Shown here: positions 19,938 to 29,930 of the stretch, one piece after another
How positions within the stretch are numbered: the first letter of the stretch is position 1
Layout of the letters: every line of letters begins with the position of its first letter
Assembly (NCBI GenBank): GCA_963716175.1
Contig: OY970296.1
Span: 1,856,001 to 1,920,000 of the forward strand
Length of the DNA: 64,000 nucleotides
DNA from: an uncultured Armatimonadetes bacterium
Lineage (GTDB): Bacteria; Armatimonadota; Hebobacteria; Hebobacterales; Hebobacteraceae
Direction: 5' to 3'
Translations under genes and position numbers: made by a program
The notes under the pieces: generated by a model
What the model was told of the DNA's origin: nothing
Databases searched by the model: none
Seen by the model: only the letters and a program-made list of their open reading frames with translations

Positions 19938-21164
19938 TTGGCTCACACCTACTTCGATCACGCTGCCACCACTCCCACTCGCCCGGAAGTGCTGGAGGCG
20001 ATGCTGCCGTACTACCGGGAGCGCTGGGGGAATCCCTCCAGTATCCACGCCTGGGGCCGCGAGGCGGCGGAGGGCATGGACCGCGCCCGCGGTCAGCTCG
20101 CGGTCCTGCTGGGCGCGCTCCCGGAGGAGATTGTGTTCACCGGCAGCGGCACGGAGGCCGACAACCAGGCCTTGGTCGGCATCAGCATCGCCCGGGAAAA
20201 GAAGGGTAACCACATCATCACCTCCGTGATCGAGCACCACGCGGTGCTGCACTCCGCCCAGTTCCTGGAGAAGCGGGGCCTGCAGGTGACCTATCTGCCG
20301 GTAGACTCGCACGGCCTGGTTGATCCCGACGATGTGCGCCGCGCAATCACGGACAAGACCATCCTGGTTTCGATCATGCACGCAAACAACGAGATCGGGA
20401 CCATCCAGCCCATCGCCGAGATCGGTGCCATTTGCCGGGAGCGAGATGTGCTCTTCCACACCGACGCCGTGCAGACTGTCGGGCACGTGCCCATCAGCGT
20501 CCGCGCCATGAACATTGACCTGCTCTCCCTCTCCGCCCACAAGTTCTACGGACCCAAGGGGGTGGGCGCGCTGTTCGTGCGCAAGGGAGTGCGCATCACT
20601 CCCCTGCTCCACGGCGGCGGACACGAGCGCGGCCGCCGCTCCAGCACCGAGAATGTCCCCGGCATCGTGGGCCTGGGCGAGGCCGCTCGACTGGCCGGCC
20701 AGGACATGGATTGGGAGATGAAGCACAATGCCGAGCTGCGCGACCGGCTGATCCATGGGGTGCTGGAGGCCGTGCCTGACTCTTTCCTGACCGGCCACCC
20801 CACCCAGCGATTGCCCAACAACGCCAGCTTCTGCGTGCGCTATGTCGAGGGCGAATCCATGCTGCTCAATCTCGACTTCGAGGGCATCGCCGCCTCCTCC
20901 GGTTCGGCCTGCACCTCGGGATCATTGGAGGCCTCTCACGTGCTGCTGGCCATCGGCCTGCCTCACGACGTGGCGCACGGTTCGCTGCGCCTGAGCGTGG
21001 GCCGGGGCAACACCGCAGCCGAGGTGGACCAATTCCTCGCGGTCTTTCCTGGCATCGTGGAGAAGCTGCGGGCGATGTCTCCTCTTTCCGCCAGCCGGCC
21101 CGCCAATCTCTGGGAAGGCACCGAGCACGAGCACGGCGCGGAGGATATCGGCCACGTGGACTGA
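19938..21164 (+). CDS. nifS: Cysteine desulfurase (NifS/IscS type)
   Basis: 'YFDHAATT', 'FHTDAVQ', 'SAHKFYGPKG' and 'SSGSACTS'; TTG start after AGGAGG. Confidence 0.9.
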   Translation: MAHTYFDHAATTPTRPEVLEAMLPYYRERWGNPSSIHAWGREAAEGMDRARGQLAVLLGALPEEIVFTGSGTEADNQALVGISIAREKKGNHIITSVIEHHAVLHSAQFLEKRGLQVTYLPVDSHGLVDPDDVRRAITDKTILVSIMHANNEIGTIQPIAEIGAICRERDVLFHTDAVQTVGHVPISVRAMNIDLLSLSAHKFYGPKGVGALFVRKGVRITPLLHGGGHERGRRSSTENVPGIVGLGEAARLAGQDMDWEMKHNAELRDRLIHGVLEAVPDSFLTGHPTQRLPNNASFCVRYVEGESMLLNLDFEGIAASSGSACTSGSLEASHVLLAIGLPHDVAHGSLRLSVGRGNTAAEVDQFLAVFPGIVEKLRAMSPLSASRPANLWEGTEHEHGAEDIGHVD

Positions 21165-21283
21165 GCAGATTCGCGCATCACAGTAGGGCAAGTTCCCCTA
21201 GGCCGCTTGCAGCGGCCGGGGTGGCGGCCCAGAGGGCCTAGCCACGCGACCTGCCCAACGTCCTTTGGCAGCACGAGCGACCA

Positions 21284-22660
21284 ATGAGCCACATCCTATC
21301 CCTTCCGCCCCAGGACGTCTTCATTGATCTCGCAGCCACGCGGGGGCCGCTGGAATGGTGGCGCCAGGCTCTGGGCCACGGCGGCATCAACGCGCTTCCC
21401 CTTCCTCCTCGGGTAGTAGCAGGTGTCGCCAAGCTTCAGCCGCGCCTGATCCGCGTCTTCATCCAAGAGCACTTCGATATCTATCCCGAGCGCGGCCGCC
21501 TCAACTGGCGCCAGCTCGATCCTTTCATGGAGGCGCTGGCGCGGACCGGAGCCAAGGTGGTGGCCGCCATCACCATCAAGCCGAAGGTCCTGTTCCCGAA
21601 AGTGGACCCCGCGAGCTGGCGGCCCAATGATGTCGCCCAGTGGCAGCGGGTGATCTATGAGCTGACCAAGCGCTACTCGGTTGACAGGCCTATCGTCACT
21701 CACTGGGAGGTGGGCAACGAGACCGATATCGGCGAGAGCGGAGGCTGTCCCTACCTGATCCCAGATCCGAAGGACTACGCCGAATACTACCGCATGACCA
21801 TCGAGGCCGTGCTAGCTGCTTTCCCCTCGGGCAAGGTAGGTGGCCCCGCCTCCTGCTGGATTGACAAGCAGCCTCTGCCGGGCCTGATCGAGGCCTGCCG
21901 TGATACCGGGACGCGGTTGGATTTCATCTCCTGGCATCTGTACCATGACGATCCGCAGCGCCACGCCCTGGGGGTGGAGAAGGCGAAGCAGTACCTCAGG
22001 GGTCTGCGCGGACCCCGGCCGGAGATGCTGGTGACCGAGTGGAACAAGTCGTTCGAGCCAGTCTCCTGCGAGGAGCTGGCCTTCGTCCCGCGCCGTGCGG
22101 CGAATGTCGCGGCGTCCCTACTGGCGATGCTCGAGGCCGGGCTGGACTGGTCCTTCTACTATCACATCTGGGATCAGGTCTTCTACCCCGAGCCCTTCCG
22201 GCCCTTCTTCTCGGAGGCCGGCATTCACATGATGGAGACGCACTGGAACCAGGAGCCTCATCGCTTCGGGCTCTTTGGTGTGGGTGAGGAAGTCAGGCCC
22301 CAGTACTTCGTCTATCAGATGCTCAGCCGCCTGGGGGAGGAGAGGATCGCCGGTTATTGCGAGGACCCGAATCTCCAGGTGCTGGCCGCGCAGACCGAGG
22401 GCAGGGTCTCCGCCCTGCTGGTCAACTTCGGTCTCGACGAGTCACGGGACATCCTGGTGACGGCCCGCTTCGCCCGGCTCACTCATGGCCGCAAGATGCT
22501 GACCATCTACCGCCTCGACTCAGCGCGCCGCTGGTGCGCCGAGGACCTGAAGCAGATCCCCCTGGAGCGCCGCGAGGTCTACGCCTCCGACGAGTTTCAC
22601 TGCCAGGTGTACTGCCCACGCGACAGCGTCGCCCTGGTCACTCTGGAGGACATCCCGTGA
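21284..22660 (+). CDS. GH39-like glycoside hydrolase
   Basis: 'WEVGNE', 'KVGGPA', 'LDFISWHLY' and 'VTEWN' (clan GH-A catalytic Glu motifs). Confidence 0.75.
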   Translation: MSHILSLPPQDVFIDLAATRGPLEWWRQALGHGGINALPLPPRVVAGVAKLQPRLIRVFIQEHFDIYPERGRLNWRQLDPFMEALARTGAKVVAAITIKPKVLFPKVDPASWRPNDVAQWQRVIYELTKRYSVDRPIVTHWEVGNETDIGESGGCPYLIPDPKDYAEYYRMTIEAVLAAFPSGKVGGPASCWIDKQPLPGLIEACRDTGTRLDFISWHLYHDDPQRHALGVEKAKQYLRGLRGPRPEMLVTEWNKSFEPVSCEELAFVPRRAANVAASLLAMLEAGLDWSFYYHIWDQVFYPEPFRPFFSEAGIHMMETHWNQEPHRFGLFGVGEEVRPQYFVYQMLSRLGEERIAGYCEDPNLQVLAAQTEGRVSALLVNFGLDESRDILVTARFARLTHGRKMLTIYRLDSARRWCAEDLKQIPLERREVYASDEFHCQVYCPRDSVALVTLEDIP

Positions 22661-22673
22661 GGCCTCACCGCGA

Positions 22674-22702
22674 TTGACCGGGGCGGCCCCTGGGCGTAGA
22701 AT
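22674..22702 (+). promoter_or_regulatory. tmRNA promoter
   Basis: TTGACC-17 nt-TAGAAT. Confidence 0.8.
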
Positions 22703-22716
22703 AGAAGTATCACCGT

Positions 22717-23064
22717 GGGGGCGAAAGGGCTCGACGGTGGACTGGGAGCTGCAGGACGCGAGCCGAGTTGCGTGAGCTCGATAAAACGCGCACCTCAATA
22801 ACTGCCAACCAACCATTGGCACTCGCCGCCTAAGGGCGGTGGCGTCCTCCCGACCGGGCTAGCACGGTCGGCTTGGGCGTAAACACTCGCTAGCTTTCCC
22901 GGAACCCTGAGGTTCGTAGGGGTGAGGGAAGAACGCAAACGAACTAGCTTGGCGGAAAGCCTGCCTGTGGGCGTCCGCCCGGCGAAGCCAAAACGCAGGC
23001 TACGCTCGTAGCGGTCTGCAGGGACTGTCCATCGGACGTGGGTTCAATTCCCACCGCCTCCACC
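22717..23064 (+). ncRNA. ssrA: tmRNA; tag reading frame ANQPLALAA* at 22804-22833
   Basis: 5' GGGGGCGAAAGGGCTCGAC; acceptor stem GGGGGCG/CGCCTCC with G3:U; T-arm GTGGGTTCAATTCCCAC; resume context AATAACTGCC; tag ends in LAA. The 3' end reads ACCT, so the terminal A of CCA is not encoded. Confidence 0.97.
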
Positions 23065-23111
23065 TCTTGGGAATTGAACCCCGGTCTGGCGACCCATCGT
23101 TCCCAGGTCAG
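23040..23111 (+). repeat. Junction J0: tmRNA-end att site (core CCTCCACC 23057-23064) with perfect 14-bp inverted arms
   Basis: GGGTTCAATTCCCA (23040-53) / TGGGAATTGAACCC (23068-81). A downstream CCCAGGTCAG motif is shared with other junctions. Confidence 0.85.
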
Positions 23112-23297
23112 CTCCTCGATGGCCATGAGCCGTGTTGTCGGCCCAGCGACAGAACTGGTGTTACGCGACTAGGGACAGAACCAGGGTCATGTGCCAGGCA
23201 TGCTTCGTCGCGGCAAAAGGGCGTCAGGAGAGGAGAGCACCTTCGGAGAGACGAAGGAGCTGCCTCCTAGACCAGCTACCTCGGAAGAGCAACTCCG

Positions 23298-23783
23298 ATG
23301 AACCTGAAGCCCATCTTGGGGCTGATCATCTGGATCGCGGTATCGTTCTGTGCCGGGCTGATAGGGTCCCGGTTCACCGGCCCCGCGGTGGCCAGCTGGT
23401 ACGCCGATACCAACAAGCCTGCCTGGACCCCTCCCGCTGTTGTGTTCGGCCCGGTCTGGTCGGCGCTCTACCTGATGATGGGCGTGGCTGCCTGGTTGGT
23501 CTGGCGGAAGGCCGGGTTCTCCGGGGCGCCCGGCGCCATCGTGCTCTTCGGGCTTCAGCTCATCGCCAACGCGGCCTGGTCCTGGATCTTCTTCGGGCTT
23601 CATCGCTTCGATCTCGCCTTCTTCGAGATCGTTATCCTCTGGGTGCTGATCCTGGCGACACTGATCGCCTTCTGGCGGCATGACACCACGGCCGGCTTGC
23701 TCATGCTCCCCTACCTTGTCTGGGTGAGCTATGCCAGCGCTCTGAACCTTGCGATCTGGCGTCTGAATCCGCCTGGGCCTTGA
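23298..23783 (+). CDS. tspO: TspO/MBR tryptophan-rich sensory protein
   Basis: 'WY...KPAWTPP...FGPVWSALYLMMG', 'NAAWSWIFFG' and 'PYLVWVSYASALN'. Confidence 0.92.
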   Translation: MNLKPILGLIIWIAVSFCAGLIGSRFTGPAVASWYADTNKPAWTPPAVVFGPVWSALYLMMGVAAWLVWRKAGFSGAPGAIVLFGLQLIANAAWSWIFFGLHRFDLAFFEIVILWVLILATLIAFWRHDTTAGLLMLPYLVWVSYASALNLAIWRLNPPGP

Positions 23784-23893
23784 GGCACGACACGCGTGGT
23801 CGGCTCGGAACCGCGCCGGCTTTGATGCCTCTGTTGCACGGTCCGCGACCTCGCGGTGCGCTGGGACGCCTGACGCAGCGGGCCGTATGAGCA

Positions 23894-26315
23894 CTAGTGT
23901 GAAGCATCCCTAACAAGCAGGATCCCGTCCATCGGCGCCAGCGTGACCTCCGTTGCTGGGCTCCCATCATTGTAGCGGCTGGCCGAGGAGATGTGGAGCG
24001 CGTCCGCCACGCACGGCCGCCCATCTTCCGTCCGGACCCGTACCCGCGGATGGTCCGCTGGCTGCAGGGCGAGCTTGTCCGCGATGGTGTGCCATTCATC
24101 CCCGCCAGTGGTTTGGTCAAGGCATGTGCGGTGTAGCACCTTGCCGCCCGCCACGACCTCGAATACCACGCGGTGGCTCCAGTCGCCCGCGCTTGGAGCA
24201 GCAGGCCACCAGGCCTGAATCGTGTAGCGATCGCGGGCCGGCAGGCGCAGGTCCCAGCTCGCCTCTGCGCCGCGCGCCAGCAGTCTGCAGTCCTTTCCCC
24301 AGTTGTGGTAGTACGGCCCAGCGGCCTTCCACATCCCTGAGTCAAGTGTCACGACCTGGCTCTCGCTGCTGGCTGTGAACCCGGCATCGGTGTTATCGAC
24401 GATGTACTGGTAGCGCGGTGCCTGCGCCCCCTGTAGCCGCCGATACCCCGGGCCCAGTCTGACGGTCTGTGGCTCACGGCTGCCGTTGAGGAGCACCGTG
24501 CCATGGCTGAAGTCGCGGCGGTAGACCGGCGGCGGGGCCTCCGTCAGGCTCACGTCGTCCAGCCAGACGCGGCCGGCAGTCGCCCCGATCAGGAACTGGA
24601 TGCGCGCATCGCGGGCGGCGACGGGGGCCTCAAATGTGACGCGGTACTGCTGCCAGTCGGCCGTGATCTGGATGGTGCGGCCGAGGCCGTAGCTGTCCCA
24701 AGGCGGCGCGCCCTTGCTCGCACTCAGCGTGATCAGGCGCGGCGCATCTGCCTTCGCCCAGAAGGTCAGGGCGTAGCTAGTGTGCGCCCTCAGCGCGCGG
24801 TTGGCCTGGCAGAAGTCGATCTGCCAGTCTGCATGTCTCCCCGCATCCGCGATCGTGATCCTGGCTGAGGCGCCGCCGTTGTGCGCCTGCGCCGGGTCTC
24901 GCTGCACGGTGGCCACACAGCCGGCGCTTGCGTCCGCCCAGAGCGACCAGTCCCCGCCCAGAGGCTGCTCGAAGCCGCCGTTGGTGATCAGGTCGTGCGA
25001 TTGACCCCGTAGCTCGCCAACACAACGCGCTTCGCCCAGTGGCTCGCCCAGGTCACAGTCAAGCTCGTCGTACCACCACGTATTGCCGTGCCCCGTGTCG
25101 CCGGCCTCGTGCGCAAAGTAGCCGTCGCCCATCAGTGTGAAGGCCAGGCCAAAGCGCATGTACGGGTAGTAGGTGCGACCGAATTCGAGCGTGGATGCCG
25201 GAATCGTCTCGTAGGCGTCAAAGCCGTACCCGTAGCCGATCTGCCCCGGAATCGCGGACTCCACCGACGTGATCGTCGGCTGCAGGCTTTGCTCGCACCA
25301 GTCATGGTATTGGCTCCAGAAGTCGCTGAAGCTCATGCGCCCCTCGATCACGTCCACCGGGGAAAAGCCGATGCTCAGGCCATGGAACAGTCCCGCCACC
25401 CCGGGCTCGTCCGGCGATCCGAGCGAATGGGCCGAGGTGAAGGCATACGGCATCAGCTCGTGCCAGGTACGCATCTCCAGCAGCACCCCGGCCCGCCAGG
25501 CGGCGTCGAGCTTCGCCGGGTCATCAGCCTTGCCATCGCCGTCAGCGTCAATCTCCACCGGGTTGCCATAGATGTCCGTGCGCTGCCAGGATTGCGACAG
25601 CATCACATTGTCGAAGAAGCAGCCATCGAACATGAGATCGCTCTCGAGCATGGCCTTGCGCGCGTACTCCGCCTGATAGCGCGCCACCTCCGGCCGAGTG
25701 AGGTTCAGCCGGTAGGACCCAGGCCAGACCTCGATCTTCTTCCCGTTGACATCGCGCAGGAAGAAGTCGTCCGGCACGTCGTTGTTCTCCACCGCGTTGA
25801 TGCTGCACAGTATCAGGATGCCGGGATTCAGCCGACGCAAGGTGGCTATCTGCTTGGCGTCAAACGATGCCCCCAGCCACACATCGACCTTCGCGGCCTC
25901 CTCCAGCATGTGGCTCCCTTCGAGCCACGACCAACTCCCCCACAGGTTGAAGACCCGGGGGAAGTGGCGGCGGAGCGAGGGCACGCAACGGTAGATCAGG
26001 TGCTTGGGCTCCAGACTGCTACCGCTCGTGCTCAGATAGATATGGTTGAGCGTCGCGGGGTCGGGGTTGATGGGGATCTCCAGCCTATGCGCCGGGCCAC
26101 CACCAGGTGGCAGCGGCATCATCCGCGCATAAGGGAGTTGCTCGCCGATCGAGTATCGGCAGTCGGCTCCGCTCGACGGCGTCACGGTCAGGGAGCGCGC
26201 GCGTCCCCGCGGGCAGCAGCATGCTCTCTGGCGTCACTGTCATCGCTGGCGGCGCGCCGGCCGCCGCGGTGGCGAGCACCAGGAGCAGAAGACAGATGGC
26301 TACCGCAGTATGCAT
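23894..26315 (-). CDS. Secreted putative glycoside hydrolase with CBM4/9-like and C-terminal beta-sandwich domains (frameshift near 26190-26208)
   Basis: A signal-peptide ORF starting at ATG 26315 (GGAGG upstream) shifts into the 763-aa frame. Motifs 'FDGCFFDNV', 'LITNGGFE...YALTFWAKA' and 'YTIQAWWPA'. Confidence 0.6.
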
Positions 26316-26365
26316 CTCGATCGCCTCCAGGCCGTCCGGCTTCGCGTGCCGCTCCGTATGCTCCC

Positions 26366-28000
26366 CTACTTCGCGGGCACGAGTACCGGGTTGCCCAGGT
26401 AGAGGGTGATGTCCTCCGTCGGCGCGTTGAACCACAGCCGCCAGTGGCGGACCTGGCCCACGTTGGTGACGATGCTCGCTTCGTCGAGGGGAAGGCGCAG
26501 GAGGACCGGCGTACCCGGCGGCACCGGAATGTAGAGTCGCTCCCACGCGTAGCCGTCCTCGCCAGCCAGATCGGCCGCCAGGGGCACCGTATGGTCCATC
26601 GGGTTATAGAGCGGCTGCTCCAGGTAGCGGTACTTCGACCAGTCTGTGGTCGCCAGCAGCTTGCCATCGATCATCACCCACGGCCACTCATCGCTGTTCT
26701 TGTCGGCCCGATCGAACCGGGAGACGTGCATCTCGATCGCATAGCGCTGTCCATCGATCTCGTGCGGTTGCCGCACGATGCGACCGGCGGGATGTTCCTT
26801 GCTCAGCGCCTCTAGGAGTGCCGCGTTCGCGTAATCGAACACTACCAGGCCCCGGGAGGGCCTTGCCTTGGCCCCCAGGAGGACGCGGTTCCACTCGGTC
26901 CTCCGGAAGGTGGGCCGACCGGGTTTGAGGGCGCCCTCGCGCATCTTCCGGTAGACCTCGCCCAGTGCCGCGCACGCCGCGGGAGAAGCGTCGAAGCCTT
27001 GGGGCACTCCGCTCTCGCCCTCCCAGTGGTAGATGAAGGGCATCAAGCCGGCCGCCCCCTGCTCCAGGTAAGCAAGGCACTCCTCCCGCACCTGCTCGGG
27101 CGTGGTCATGACATCCCACGTGCCCGTCTGCTCCCGGAACATCTGCGGCATGCCGATCAACCCAATGCCGGGCTGCTGCGCGTTCGCCAGCTGCATGATG
27201 TAGGTCAACTGCCGGCGGGTGTTCTGATCCAGCGTCCCGTGATGGTAGGGGTAGAGATACACGCCCAGGGCGTCGCAGATGCCGGGCGAGAAGTTCTCCA
27301 TGGCCGATGCTCCCCCGACGCCCATCACGATCACGTGGTGGTACGGGCTGCCGTCTGCCTTCCGGTCATTGGCCCGGATCACACGCGCCATCTCCTTCAG
27401 AGAGTCGCCCTCGAACGGACGGGCGTCGTCTACGAGCCAGAAGCCCCACAGGTTCGGCGAGTCCTTCACGGCCAGAATGTCCTGCTTCAGGCCTTCGGAG
27501 TTGCACAGGAGCAACCCCGCGCTATGCGGCGCCGGCTTGGTGCCGTCCGCACCCCGCGTGCATCCGGTGAAGGCGTCGGCGGTCCGACCCGTGTAGGTGA
27601 TATGCTCCCCCTCGATCACCAGCGTGCCGGAGGGCGGGAACGACGCCCCCTCTCCCCTGGTGTCGGCGGCCACCGCGATCGTGTTTTCCTGCGGCGCGAG
27701 CTCCTTGGCCAGGCGCAAGCCCACAAAGCGGCTGGAGAGATTGTACATCACCTTCATCTGGTGGTCCGCGATCGCCTTGCCCATAGGGCTGGCCGGATCC
27801 AGCTGTTGCCGGCCGCGATCAGCGCTGTAAGTGTAGATGAGCGTCGCCCCGAGCTTGGCGAGCTCCGTGATTTGCTCGGGCGTCTCAACCCCGAAGGCCC
27901 CCAGCGGCGGACGCCCGTACACGCTCAGGTCCACGGCCCTGGCCTGTGCTCCGTATCCACAGAGCCACACAAGGCTCAAGCAGACGATGGCTTTCGGCAT
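26366..28000 (-). CDS. Secreted hypothetical protein, possible TIM-barrel glycosidase-like
   Basis: Signal peptide from ATG 28000; 'NLWGFWLVDD' and 'VYLYPY' resemble GH-A-like proteins. Confidence 0.55.
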   Translation of the reverse strand: MPKAIVCLSLVWLCGYGAQARAVDLSVYGRPPLGAFGVETPEQITELAKLGATLIYTYSADRGRQQLDPASPMGKAIADHQMKVMYNLSSRFVGLRLAKELAPQENTIAVAADTRGEGASFPPSGTLVIEGEHITYTGRTADAFTGCTRGADGTKPAPHSAGLLLCNSEGLKQDILAVKDSPNLWGFWLVDDARPFEGDSLKEMARVIRANDRKADGSPYHHVIVMGVGGASAMENFSPGICDALGVYLYPYHHGTLDQNTRRQLTYIMQLANAQQPGIGLIGMPQMFREQTGTWDVMTTPEQVREECLAYLEQGAAGLMPFIYHWEGESGVPQGFDASPAACAALGEVYRKMREGALKPGRPTFRRTEWNRVLLGAKARPSRGLVVFDYANAALLEALSKEHPAGRIVRQPHEIDGQRYAIEMHVSRFDRADKNSDEWPWVMIDGKLLATTDWSKYRYLEQPLYNPMDHTVPLAADLAGEDGYAWERLYIPVPPGTPVLLRLPLDEASIVTNVGQVRHWRLWFNAPTEDITLYLGNPVLVPAK

Positions 28001-28169
28001 GGTTCCGGCCTTCCTTGGCTCGCGGCCGCGGGCCTTCCAGTGCCAAGCAGCACTGGAGGTTCCCGTCCCGCGCCCGATATCCCTCTGCGCCCGCGGTCGC
28101 TCGGCAGCTTCCTCCTGCGGCGAGCCGAAAGCGCTCGCCACGAGCATCGCGGCCTAGTCTGTTAGTCGG

Positions 28170-28378
28170 CGCTATAGAAGCGGCGTCAAGTCCTCGTCAG
28201 TGGCCTTCCTTCCTCACGTCACAGGCGTTCTCCGCGAGCCACAAGGGCGGAGTGCCCCTTTGCGTGACGGAGCCCGCCGTGGCTCGCCCAGGATTTGTGC
28301 GCGGCTGGTTTCTCGCGAGTTCGCTATCGGCGCTCTAGGGCGCACACTGTCGTCGCGGATGGGGAGCCTCCCAGTTCG
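28170..28378 (-). repeat. Diverged tandem copy of the IS110/IS1111 right-end non-coding region (207-bp unit)
   Basis: 28172-28376 closely resembles 28379-28580, including the sub-terminal IR and TTGACG, with scattered substitutions and indels. Confidence 0.9.
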
Positions 28379-29780
28379 CTATAGAAGCGGCGTCAAGTCC
28401 TCATCAGTGCCTTCTTTCCTCACGTCACATGCGTTCTCCGCGAGCCGCAAGGGCGGAACCCCCGCTGTGGTGGAGCCCGCCGTGGCTCGCCCAGGATCTG
28501 TGCGCGGCTGGTTTCTCGCGAGTTCGCTATCGGCGCTCCGGGGCGCATGCTATCGTCGCGGATGGGGAGCCTCCCAGTTCATCGAGAGCCGTCTGCGCGG
28601 CTAGCCGATTGAGGGGGAGTGCTCCCGCCAAGGGTGCGAGCTCCAGCCGCTCGCGATCAAACCGTGACCTGCACGTGCTCCTCCGGTGCCAGTTCCCGCC
28701 ACGGCTGCCCGGTGCGCAAGAGATGGTAGATCAGATGCGTGGCCTTTCGCGCCACGGCCATCTTGGCGCCATTGCGATGCCCCCGCAGCTGGATCCGCCA
28801 GTAGCGCTGATGCAGGCGACTGCCCTTGCCCTGGCAGGCCATCCGGTTCGCCAGCAGGCCCAGTGCGTACCGCAGCCAGGGATTGCCCCGGTGTCCCAAG
28901 GGCCCATAGCGGCAGTGCTCTCCGCTCTGGAAGACGCGTGGTGCCAGGCCGGCATAGGAGATCAATGCCGCCGAACTGGGGAAGCGTCGAATGTCGCCGA
29001 TCTCGGCTCGCACCGCCAACGCGGTGAAGGGCCCTACCGAGGGCATCGTGCGCAACTGCGCGCAAACCGCGTCACGCTCGGCCTCTTCCTTGATCGCCAC
29101 CTCCAGCTCCGCCTCGATCTCCTGCGCCTTCTCCAGCATCTCTCGCCACAGCTCCAGCACCCGCGCCGAATGTCCCGGCAACTGCGCGGCGTCCAAGTGG
29201 TCCTTCCCCCGCTTCGAGAGCAGGCTCTTGGACTCGACCTCCCCCCAGCACCGCAACAACGATCCGATCTCGTTCACCAGCTTCGTCACCCACCGGGTCG
29301 CTCGCACCTTGCCCCGCACCAATACCCGCAGATCCTGGGTATGCTCGTCCGGTACATAGATCCCCTTGATCTCTTCCCGATACAGCTTCTGCGCCATGCG
29401 CAGGGCATCTCATCTCGCCGATCCGTCTTCGCACTACGATCCCGCTTGCGATCCCACAACTGCGCCGGGTCCGCGATCACCAGGCGGGCGAAGTAGGGCT
29501 TCAGCACGCGATACATGGACCAGGCATTGGTTCCCGTCTCCATCACCCCGTGCAAAGGGCCGGGCAGCTCCCCGAGCACGACGGCCATCACCTCCGGCTC
29601 ATTGCTGATGCGCGCACGCTCCACGATCTCGCCGGTCTCGGGATCGAAGCCCCGGAGCGTGGTCCACTGGCTGTGCACATCCAATCCCACATAGAGCATC
29701 TCTGGCTTGTCCTCCTCTGAGGCTATCGGTCAGGCCTCTGATTCGGCACCGCGAGGGCAAGCCGCTTCTATGATAGTTCG
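28377..29780 (-). mobile_element. IS110-family (IS1111-type) element
   Basis: Sub-terminal IRs ATAGAAGCGGC/GCCGCTTCTAT, CG core at both ends, and a long 3' non-coding region. Joining the ends creates TTGACG-17 nt-TATCAT. Confidence 0.9.
28657..29699 (-). pseudogene. IS110 transposase, frameshifted by a 5-bp duplication
   Basis: DEDD motifs 'GLDVH', 'METG' and 'KTDRRD', plus 'YAGLAPRVFQSG'. CATCT is duplicated at 29406-29415 and breaks 'KTDRRDALRMA'. Confidence 0.9.
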
Positions 29781-29930
29781 TGCAATGATGACCCGCTTAG
29801 GGAGGTGATCGCCGTCGACCACTGACCCACCCTCGAACAGTCGAAACCTGGTCTCCTGGTCGTGCAGGGACACCATCCTAGCGTTCTGACCATTGCTCGG
29901 GGTGGGTCAACCCACGGCGCCGATGGCAGG

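Noticed and set aside
18646-21164. MoaD + NifS as a novel sulfur-relay or ubiquitin-like system
   Set aside because: No E1/MoeB, JAB or target gene nearby; consistent with ordinary housekeeping.
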